Shown: piece by piece, positions 57,401 to 64,000 of the stretch
Numbering within the stretch: position 1 is the stretch's first letter
Layout: every line of letters starts with the position of its first letter
From: a virus
Reading direction: 5' to 3' (one strand)
Virus record (IMG/VR): IMGVR_UViG_3300027833_001310
Coordinates: 1-64,000 of that record
DNA: 64,000 bases
Notes under the pieces: generated by a model
What the model saw: the letters and a program-made list of their open reading frames with translations, nothing else
Told to the model about the DNA's origin: nothing
The model's database searches: none
Made by a program: the position numbers and the translations under genes

Positions 57401-59282
57401 AACGGAATAATGCTTTAATATAATCTTTTCTAAAAGCCTCTTTATCGTGTCCTGCTCTCATAACTGCTGCATATCGTATTGTTGTTTTAGCAACGGTGTC
57501 AAAGTCCATGTGGTACCCGTCACCACCTGCTATACGAAATTCAATCAAGCCATTGCCATCATCATTTGTTGCATCTTTAAAATTAATACTGGTAAACTTA
57601 CCAGCACTAATACCGCCTTTGAGCATATCTTCTAAAGCTGAAAGGGTTTTTTCGTCTTTGTAATTAGCACCTACATTTTGCATGTATTGTTGTATTTCTT
57701 TTACTTGCGACTTAGTATAACTGTTACCATCTCTGTTAAACTGTTGTAACAAATATTTGTCACCAAGTAATAATGCAATCTTTAATTTGTTAGGTGCTTC
57801 TTGATTGCCCGCCATACTCATTGTAACATGTAGTCCAGTAGATCTATTTGTATCTACATTTCTATCACTCCAATGTGAAAATAAACTTTTCATTTCGGCA
57901 AGCATTTCTGTTGGGGTGTCGTACACTGGTGAAATAATTTCAGCACCCATTCCGTCACCTTCGATACTGCTGTCGTCTTCTACTCGCCAGTAATCGTTGT
58001 CAACTTGTTGACCACTGTGGTAATCTCCTGCTTCAACGTTGTCTGATTTACTTGAGTTACTTGCCCAGTCACGAAGCTGATCTGCAACTTCTTCCATGCT
58101 ACCTTGACTGTTGCTGTAAAGATATATGTCCATCTCACTTAGCAACGATCCCCAGTTGCCGTTGTATTCTTCACTACACCAATCATCTTCGTCGACATTG
58201 CTTAATGCTCGATCCCATGCTTCGTCCCACTGCTCGCCATTGTCTCTGATATCATCTGCTAACCATTCTAAAAAGTGATCTTCGCGTTCGGCATCAACAT
58301 ATTCTCTGGCCCATGCATCTTCTTCCCAGTCACTTCGTTCTTCTATTTCTTCCTGTGCTTGACGATCATCTTGATCTTCTAAACCCTGTAGTATCATTTC
58401 TTTGTAGTTTGTTACATCATCCATGTCAACTTCGTATGAAACATAATTATCTAAATAGTCAGGATCTTCTTTGCGTTCGTCTACTAGTTCATTTATTACT
58501 TCACTTTCGTAATCATAAAACTTATCAGACTCTTGTAGCCATTCTCTAAATGCTTCATTTACTTGGTCAACACTTCTAGAGCCTTCTTGATCATATATTA
58601 AGTCTTGTACTCCAGACCAGTTTTCACCATATAGAAAGTCCTCATCATCGTCGCCCGATGAAAAGCCTTCCCATATTGTTTCTGCTTCAAAACCACATCT
58701 AATGTTTGCGTTTAATGAATCTTTTGCAACTGTAGGACTATTGAAATTTATTTCAAATATTGGATCACCTTGTTGTATATATTTTTGTGCTCTGATTAAT
58801 CTTTTGATTTTACTTTTAATTTTTTGCTTACGCTTTTGTCCTTTGTGAAGATCTGATCTTTCTGTTACTGCTTCTTCACCTGGTAATGTAATATCATCTT
58901 CAGGATCTAATGTATAAAATTCTTTGTTCTTTTGATTTTGTACAACAACTGCATCTTTGTTTAGGCCGTTGTTTACAGGGCTCATTACTTTAACTGTATT
59001 GCCTTTGTCGTCTTGGTATTCGAAGTCTTGTGCTAACTCTTTTGCTTTTGATATAATTGGCTCAACTGGTTCTGGTTGTTCAGCGTCTGTTTTATTTTGC
59101 TGACTGCTAGGACTAACTTGTGGTTTATTAACACTGGACTTTGGCGGCTTAGGTGTCTTAGTGGCTGCTGTTGCTTTAGCAGTTGCACCAGTCTGTTGTT
59201 GTGATGAGGGAGTGCTTACTCCGCTATTCATTCCATACTCAGAGATCAGTGATTTGATTGTGCGAATATCTTTTGCCTTCAT
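54414..59282 (-). CDS. 1622-aa multidomain protein: amidoligase-like domain plus C-terminal PD-(D/E)xK nuclease-like domain
   Basis: GFEAE, DSSI..EIISP, STGLHV, INF, IEFR; C-term GPGE..KGDLMIDGQPIELK. Confidence 0.75.
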   Translation of the reverse strand: MKAKDIRTIKSLISEYGMNSGVSTPSSQQQTGATAKATAATKTPKPPKSSVNKPQVSPSSQQNKTDAEQPEPVEPIISKAKELAQDFEYQDDKGNTVKVMSPVNNGLNKDAVVVQNQKNKEFYTLDPEDDITLPGEEAVTERSDLHKGQKRKQKIKSKIKRLIRAQKYIQQGDPIFEINFNSPTVAKDSLNANIRCGFEAETIWEGFSSGDDDEDFLYGENWSGVQDLIYDQEGSRSVDQVNEAFREWLQESDKFYDYESEVINELVDERKEDPDYLDNYVSYEVDMDDVTNYKEMILQGLEDQDDRQAQEEIEERSDWEEDAWAREYVDAEREDHFLEWLADDIRDNGEQWDEAWDRALSNVDEDDWCSEEYNGNWGSLLSEMDIYLYSNSQGSMEEVADQLRDWASNSSKSDNVEAGDYHSGQQVDNDYWRVEDDSSIEGDGMGAEIISPVYDTPTEMLAEMKSLFSHWSDRNVDTNRSTGLHVTMSMAGNQEAPNKLKIALLLGDKYLLQQFNRDGNSYTKSQVKEIQQYMQNVGANYKDEKTLSALEDMLKGGISAGKFTSINFKDATNDDGNGLIEFRIAGGDGYHMDFDTVAKTTIRYAAVMRAGHDKEAFRKDYIKALFRFVNSLDAIDPDQEERASSRIDPDNTDKKVVDAFKSVVGKNHYTDAIDALATAYNALARSKRENAEESIIKEEESWNDRARDYSLTAFGYLLSSIATGKNRNPVKVQQVAGFRQAMKDFGFTPESLYKEFLASKQYVPMLNIGGSPYHDNMTKFADAFNNAFKVKVAKAPTPEFTVKYNGTDALFLPVPYYNWLQTEMGNKLISGAPIKTPPGKKFKAEDFKAISRDEHNEVYRALYDYNEGMIDAQGELKMVADYEKELEQLGTTGTSDASDNDPSTFSNQAAIEMAENDFPLYKKMWFTGFGHFMADPRVNAVKLARWINNLETSNNAKQDVLNALVYNKENGGNPVQWDEVSSIVSAYKAGGVDTTDLIDADHPAHAQGSSRTNEDTETDEKIKRIKDLIIHRKQKAERYQEQTLDAKVKIDTFSKKHGFLPYRDRDFNPDAFSLAGEKSPFIVGTHQETDASEREYMAQEMNIRFSDIEESNNMFENFNKLPFKKQLEIVSKVDATKINEALIVSKKKLNETIEAEQDMAALLTTYGTPGKKKKKGKGFEHPNKSGSGRAAKYTEGAVPDNSPVKKIKQLLNVPLLASDLKSQMEAYFVVPDPSMIRAFREAASGGGPDTDLRTIFKGFVQNKVHPETKKKAGITESKSELIKKLADLPDDEKTNKLVNYIEQLLDDMGVGGKIQSLSSQLGEVPDEDVKKAIKQIAKIIASIEMTPAERAKLFIDWKGDKLVRVDTLLSTSTDTMSEIFVGYGMEGNEHITELVNDLNEVVQYGIGPGEFALSVLSQRIGGMGASSGADDGKGDLMIDGQPIELKTTRKNSARFNDRQVTVSDSYKSKVTAFFTKYDEKFKELEAQGAVLRVKSGMQQNHVAAFLKLVPEAEKEIADIISNIFTEIPNAGNQIAQNLAQNNITGAMQAIAQSNVNNYLAAKRGGGNLKGILFLDLKKQTFTFIQDVKDLEGSGLRLHAKTNYLVTTNENPFANTSIVDSSN

Positions 59283-59292
59283 AACTTGTCAA

Positions 59293-59574
59293 TTACCGCT
59301 TGTTAAGTGTTTTTAATCGCTTTGCTACTGGATTAAATCTTTTTGTTCTACGAGCTTTACGAATCATTCTTTTGCCCATTTTTGCTTTTGTTCTTCTCAA
59401 TGTCATACGCTTTTTGAGATCTATGGGTTTCGAACATTGGCTTGAATTTTTTACAACTCTGCCTGCTCTAGGACCACTAGTACAACGAACAGCACGTTTA
59501 ATTGTGTTGCCCATTCGGCGCCAAACCATACGAGCTTCGACTATTTCACCGCCTGTTACTTCATCAAGTTTCAT
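59293..59574 (-). CDS. Small very basic protein
   Basis: MKLDEV..E ARMVWRR..RCTSG.R.GRVV..C. Confidence 0.6.
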   Translation of the reverse strand: MKLDEVTGGEIVEARMVWRRMGNTIKRAVRCTSGPRAGRVVKNSSQCSKPIDLKKRMTLRRTKAKMGKRMIRKARRTKRFNPVAKRLKTLNKR

Positions 59575-59822
59575 TTTATTAAACTCTGTGCTAGTATTGC
59601 AATTGTACCTAACAATGTAGTAACTGTAACACCAATTATGGCAATAATCCAGCTTTCCATTTTATTTAATCGCTGTTTAGTATCATTTTTAAATTCACGC
59701 AACTCTGTTGTTATGGCTTCAATACGAAGCATGTCAGCAATAATATGTGCTTCAACGTTACCTGAGTATGCTGGAAGTGAATCAGCAGCTTGATCTAATT
59801 CTGGTTTTGATTTCTTTGGCAT
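59571..59822 (-). CDS. Coiled-coil protein with C-terminal TM
   Basis: Heptads then WIIAIIGVTVTTLLGTIAIL. Confidence 0.6.
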   Translation of the reverse strand: MPKKSKPELDQAADSLPAYSGNVEAHIIADMLRIEAITTELREFKNDTKQRLNKMESWIIAIIGVTVTTLLGTIAILAQSLIK

Positions 59823-59823
59823 C

Positions 59824-60228
59824 TTATAATAAGTCCTGTTTAGTAAACTCCATGTTCACTGTAGTTTTTGTATCAATTGTGCCTGCATTTAAAACAATTC
59901 CGTCAAGTTCATCTTTTAATGTATCAATGCTATGCACACTTTCACGCTCAAAAGCAAATTTGAAAATCCAGCCTGCGCCTGTTATTGATGGAGCACCGTA
60001 TCCTTGTAATACGTTAGCACCTACACCATTTAAGGCAACTGGTCTGTTCATGATGATTGGCATAGCTCTTAATCCAATAACTTGAACAACACTTTCAAAA
60101 TCCTTCTGCGTGTCATCTGTAAAATCACCTGTATGTGTAATATCTAGTGATGTGAAAAGTGTGTAAAATTCTATATTTCCTGTAACAACTTCTTGGCTGT
60201 TCATTGCGCCGCTTCTATTTAAAGTCAT
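59824..60228 (-). CDS. Putative virion protein
   Basis: Late TAAATA plus AGGAG SD. Confidence 0.6.
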   Translation of the reverse strand: MTLNRSGAMNSQEVVTGNIEFYTLFTSLDITHTGDFTDDTQKDFESVVQVIGLRAMPIIMNRPVALNGVGANVLQGYGAPSITGAGWIFKFAFERESVHSIDTLKDELDGIVLNAGTIDTKTTVNMEFTKQDLL

Positions 60229-60294
60229 GTGTGTCTCCTATACACACTATTTATCATCAAACTAATAACATGTATCCAAAAATATTTTAAAGTC

Positions 60295-60322
60295 AAAAAA
60301 AAGCACTCCGAAGAGTGCTTTT
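60295..60322 (-). terminator. Rho-independent terminator with UUCG loop
   Basis: GCACTC-TTCG-GAGTGC-TTTTTTT on minus strand. Confidence 0.85.
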
Positions 60323-60365
60323 GGTGTGCAACTAAGCACGATCCCTAAGGTAGTAAGGAATTAGT

Positions 60366-60659
60366 TTAGCCTGCGAATGAAACCACTGCTGCCCATGCAC
60401 AACCAGTTACGCCTAATGCATCTGAAGAATCATCAGCAATTGCTGGTCCGCCTTCGTATGCTACGTGAACTGCTGTTGCTACGTCTACTACAAATCCTTC
60501 GATTCCAGTAATAGTATAGTTTTGCACTGTGATTGCTGCTATTAAAGCATCCATCTTCGCTTGCGTCATGTTAGTTGAAACTGTTGCTGTTGCAACATGT
60601 AATTGTCTTCCGAATGCATTTAGGTCTTCTGTGAAACCATGTACTCTTGTTTGTGCCAT
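60366..60659 (-). CDS. Small Ala/Val/Thr-rich putative capsid decoration protein
   Basis: Own late promoter, SD and terminator. Confidence 0.6.
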   Translation of the reverse strand: MAQTRVHGFTEDLNAFGRQLHVATATVSTNMTQAKMDALIAAITVQNYTITGIEGFVVDVATAVHVAYEGGPAIADDSSDALGVTGCAWAAVVSFAG

Positions 60660-60720
60660 TTTATCTCTCCAATATAGTCAGGCTTTCTTGCCCTATACTA
60701 ATATTTATCAAATTATACCC

Positions 60721-60748
60721 AAAAAAAATCCCCACAAGTGAGGATTTT
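60721..60748 (-). terminator. Rho-independent terminator
   Basis: ATCCTCAC/GTGGGGAT stem followed by T run. Confidence 0.7.
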
Positions 60749-60769
60749 TAAACAATAATTGTTTGGATA

Positions 60770-61012
60770 TTAACCGAATGTTGCGATTAATGTAGCGCCA
60801 GTAATACTAGGTGTTGCCGCTGCGCCTTGTAAAGCGATGTGACTTCCACTTACTATACCTTCTACTGCTACAACTATGAAGCCTTCTGCTTGTGCTTCAG
60901 CAACTGCTGCTGCAACTGTTACTGCTGTAACGTCATCTACTTCTAAGATGTGAGTTGTACCTACGAATCCGTTTGCTGCTCTTACTGCTGCGTTTGGGTT
61001 TGCTTGTGCCAT
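60770..61012 (-). CDS. Small Ala/Val/Thr-rich putative capsid decoration protein
   Basis: Similar to 60366 gene; own late promoter and AGGAG SD. Confidence 0.6.
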   Translation of the reverse strand: MAQANPNAAVRAANGFVGTTHILEVDDVTAVTVAAAVAEAQAEGFIVVAVEGIVSGSHIALQGAAATPSITGATLIATFG

Positions 61013-61103
61013 TTTAATTCTCCTAAATATAATGTAGAGTTAATTCTTACTCTATGTAGTTATTTATCATTTTATCGGTAAAAAAAGATATAAAAACTGT
61101 CTT

Positions 61104-61649
61104 TTATGATTTTTTAACTCTAAAAGTATCAGAATTTTTAAAGTTAGACCTTGCTTTTGCCAATCCACTACCGATTGCTTTTCTTAAACTTGATCGATCG
61201 GTGCCGGCAAGAGGATTAAATTTTGAATTTTTAAAAGAGCCATCACCTTTATAAGCATTTTTATTGCCTATTTGTCCACCTACAGTTCCTGTTGGCGTTG
61301 GCGTAGCATCCGGCTTTTCCATGCCCTTTGCAATTTTCTGCTGTAAGGTATCTTCCGGCTCTTTTACTTTATCGGCCGTTGCAACTGCTTTGGCCTGATC
61401 TTTTGTCATGCCACTGTATTTTACTTGAAAGTCTGGATATCTTTGTTTGACAGCACCCTTTATTGACATGCCAGCTGTCCACAAAGGTCTTTTGTAATAG
61501 CCTACTGCTAGTGCAACAACACTTGCTCTGTCTAACATTATAAATTGAGGCAGTTTCGGATTGCCGTATTCGTCATCAAATTCCTGTCCTAATTCCTGTC
61601 TTAGCTCAGCATCGTTATTTTCTAGTATAATAATTTCGTCTATTCTCAT
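61104..61649 (-). CDS. Putative internal head protein
   Basis: MRIDEIIILE N-terminus; TAAATA-N5-ATG. Confidence 0.55.
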   Translation of the reverse strand: MRIDEIIILENNDAELRQELGQEFDDEYGNPKLPQFIMLDRASVVALAVGYYKRPLWTAGMSIKGAVKQRYPDFQVKYSGMTKDQAKAVATADKVKEPEDTLQQKIAKGMEKPDATPTPTGTVGGQIGNKNAYKGDGSFKNSKFNPLAGTDRSSLRKAIGSGLAKARSNFKNSDTFRVKKS

Positions 61650-61661
61650 GCTTGTATTTAT

Positions 61662-62204
61662 CTACTTAAACATAGCACAAGACATATTGTCGTCATGGCC
61701 GGTCTCAAACACTGCTAATTCTTTGTTTGTCCTTTGCTGGAATGCATCTACCGCAGCCATTACCCCTGGGAATATAGGCGTATAATCATCTACTAATATA
61801 ATTTCTGCTTTTGTCATTATTCTTAATGCATTACGAGTATGCCTATAAGTATGAGAAGCATCAAGAAATAACACTGTTGGTGTCTCCCAATACCTCTTGA
61901 AAAAATCACATCTAGTAAATGATATGTTGTCCCATGCGTCTACTACCTGGCTAATATACTCTAGTTGTTGTTCGCTAGTGTATGATATTCCGTCTATATT
62001 AAAGCCATGACATTGGTCAATAGTATGTATAGTATAATCTCTGCCTGTTTCATTGAACTTTTCAGCAAAGGTAGCTGCTGACAAACCACATCCTGTGCCA
62101 ACTTCTAGTAACGTGCCAGACATAGGCAATTGATCAATAATTTCGTCCCATGGGTAATTTTTATTAGAGAACCCTGGAATAGTATCGCTGAGTTCGATTG
62201 ACAT
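61662..62204 (-). CDS. Class I SAM-dependent methyltransferase
   Basis: LEVGTGCGLS, TIDQ, FLDASH.Y, VDDY. Confidence 0.8.
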   Translation of the reverse strand: MSIELSDTIPGFSNKNYPWDEIIDQLPMSGTLLEVGTGCGLSAATFAEKFNETGRDYTIHTIDQCHGFNIDGISYTSEQQLEYISQVVDAWDNISFTRCDFFKRYWETPTVLFLDASHTYRHTRNALRIMTKAEIILVDDYTPIFPGVMAAVDAFQQRTNKELAVFETGHDDNMSCAMFK

Positions 62205-62209
62205 TATAC

Positions 62210-63010
62210 TTATTTCTTCTTTCTACCAGCTGCCCAATAGCCTGCAATTGCACCTATACCTGTGCCTGCTTTTTTAAGTGTACCAGGTTTATTTTTAGCA
62301 AGTTTTGTTAGTTTCTTAGCGGCATATCTTCCTGCAACTGCACCAAGTGCTGCTCCACCAACTTTTTTTGCAAAACTAGTTCTAGGTACATCATATGCTG
62401 GCTCTGACGTAAATGATCTATACTTGACCATAGATGTCATTGGAGCTAAAAGTTCACTGCCTCTTCCTAAGTAACGCATTGTTTGTAATAGTTTAGTCAC
62501 TACTAACTGTCTACTTGAAAATTTTAAGTTACCCCAGTCGGTAATATATCTACGGTATTGTTTAAATTTAGAATCTGTAACCTTAAGTTGTGACTCTAGT
62601 CTAAAGAAGTAACCTACTGCTTCATTTTTTCTATCTGAACCATTTGCTATCTTCTTCATAAACATAAAGTGCTTACGACTATCAAAGTTTAATCCCTTAA
62701 GGAAAGAAACACTAGACATTCTGTTCTTTAATTGTATTTTATCATTCTTAGGTTGATTTATCATATATGCTAATAGATATAAATCAGTTGCACTTGTTCT
62801 AAAAGTATTGTAGCCACCGTACTGGGTAGTTTGCTTTGCATAGTTACTTGCATATCCATGCTGTATATCATCTTGTACCATTAAATAAAGTGCAATAGTA
62901 TTGAGATACAGTAAGTCAGCAACGTTTCTGCCAGTGAGTTGACCCATGTTACCAGAAGATCTATACAATCTACTTTCTGATATTTCTTGATCTATAAATT
63001 CTAATTCCAT
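62210..63010 (-). CDS. Hypothetical protein with C-terminal glycine zipper
   Basis: GGAALGAVAG...GTGIGAIAG. Confidence 0.6.
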   Translation of the reverse strand: MELEFIDQEISESRLYRSSGNMGQLTGRNVADLLYLNTIALYLMVQDDIQHGYASNYAKQTTQYGGYNTFRTSATDLYLLAYMINQPKNDKIQLKNRMSSVSFLKGLNFDSRKHFMFMKKIANGSDRKNEAVGYFFRLESQLKVTDSKFKQYRRYITDWGNLKFSSRQLVVTKLLQTMRYLGRGSELLAPMTSMVKYRSFTSEPAYDVPRTSFAKKVGGAALGAVAGRYAAKKLTKLAKNKPGTLKKAGTGIGAIAGYWAAGRKKK

Positions 63011-64000
63011 TATCCTGTTGGCTTCCCTGTTCCAAAGTTTAATCTACTGAATTCCATTCTGTCAACTAGTTTGAGAGCATTACCAATTCGGTCAATAGCA
63101 ACAAAGCCTTCACCACTTGTGGCTTTAAATCCTTCACCATCTGCGGCAAACGTTTGTGTACTTTGTAATTTTCCTAACTTTGCTATGATTACAAGTTTTG
63201 CTTTAATAAGCATCAAGTATAAATCATACACTGCTGTAATTTCAGCAGCATGTTGTTTAATGAATGCTACAGTCTTAACCATACTATCTGTTTTAGCATC
63301 TTTAGTTTTTTGCATTTTAACTTTATCAATTTCTTTTGTAGACCTGTCGATCCATTTTACAACAAATTCTTTTGCTAAACTTTCAGGGGAGCCAAAGTCT
63401 CCTGCTCTAATCTTATTGTTTACTGTGGCTTTTAGTTGTTGTAAGAAATCTTTACCTACTAAGTCGTTGCCTTTCTCTAACCAATTAAACACATCTTTAC
63501 TAATTTGCTTAGTGTAAGTGTCGGCGGCTTTGATAGTTGCTAATACTTCTGCTGATTCTTCAGCAGTCATTGTTACTGTACCTGATACATCTTTGATGTT
63601 TGCATCAGTTTGCCAAACACTAGATGTACTACCTAATCTAGTTGAATCAAATCCAAATGATGCTGTTGTATCTGCTAGTGTTGGTCCGCCTGCATACTCT
63701 GTATGCCACACTATACCTAGATCAGCACTTAGCATTTGCTGTGCTAGTTCACTGTCCTTTGGTAAAGCATAAGCAAGAGTATTAGGCTTAAAATATATTA
63801 AGGCTTCTCCATCATGATTCATTTCTTTGATGTCGCCTTTTTGAAACATCATGTCGCCTTGTGCAACTGTGTCCCAATTCAATTTGCTTAAATGTTTTAA
63901 ACAATTTTTTAATTTGATTCGTAAACCACTGCCGTCTTTGTCACCTTTGTCTGCGTGATAGTTGTCAATGTCTTGGTCAGTAAAGTTTAGTTTTGCTTTT
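63010..64000 (-). CDS. Ligase-like nucleotidyltransferase-fold phage protein, 5' part outside window
   Basis: Frame is open to 64000; QGDMMF, FKPNT, GEGFV, LKLVDR resemble ligase motifs IV/V. Confidence 0.55.
   Translation of the reverse strand, partial: KAKLNFTDQDIDNYHADKGDKDGSGLRIKLKNCLKHLSKLNWDTVAQGDMMFQKGDIKEMNHDGEALIYFKPNTLAYALPKDSELAQQMLSADLGIVWHTEYAGGPTLADTTASFGFDSTRLGSTSSVWQTDANIKDVSGTVTMTAEESAEVLATIKAADTYTKQISKDVFNWLEKGNDLVGKDFLQQLKATVNNKIRAGDFGSPESLAKEFVVKWIDRSTKEIDKVKMQKTKDAKTDSMVKTVAFIKQHAAEITAVYDLYLMLIKAKLVIIAKLGKLQSTQTFAADGEGFKATSGEGFVAIDRIGNALKLVDRMEFSRLNFGTGKPTG

Noticed and set aside
1328-63772. Many Ser/Leu/Phe-rich antisense ORFs (e.g. 2705..3289, 18985..19620, 50658..51083)
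   Set aside because: Shadow frames of real genes with no SD, promoter or motifs
1-64000. CRISPR array, IS element, integrase or rRNA
   Set aside because: No regularly spaced repeats, transposase or integrase motifs, or rRNA-like sequence seen
1-64000. Stop-codon reassignment
   Set aside because: Conserved genes are full length in the standard code, TAA/TAG/TGA all end genes, and no suppressor tRNA is present

Overview
A 64-kb, AT-rich, gene-dense segment of a large lytic tailed-phage genome (T4-superfamily or jumbo-like myovirus; probably aquatic with a proteobacterial host, which is inference). It uses the standard genetic code and most genes are on the minus strand. Host-like or auxiliary genes: bS21, ClpX, QueD, UvsE, peptide deformylase, class Ia NrdAB, Fe/Mn SOD, a GH6 glycoside hydrolase, a lipase and an SleB-type hydrolase. 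It also has many 2OG-Fe(II) oxygenases, SGNH-like proteins, glycosyltransferases and a sugar-nucleotide cluster, ten CCA-encoded tRNAs, and late/virion blocks (PAAR, Mtd_N-type tail protein, subtilase, acidic head-type proteins). Two promoter classes can be read directly: 11 near-consensus sigma70 promoters and a TAAATA/TAAGTA late-type element. The strongest unexplained signals are: (1) an apparent capsid-cargo system of proteins with a shared M-K-h-x-E-h-x-x-E N-terminus and a repeated E-L-x-x-h-x-x-L-A-G-L motif followed by [IL]-x-E sites, carrying SOD, nucleotidyltransferase, amidoligase and nuclease modules, with an exact 61-bp repeat at module junctions; (2) at least 12 genes whose ATG lies exactly 5 nt after the late element (probable leaderless mRNAs), alongside an extended bS21; (3) several structured non-tRNA RNA candidates, one ending in CCA. 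All calls come from motif reading; no database search was run.
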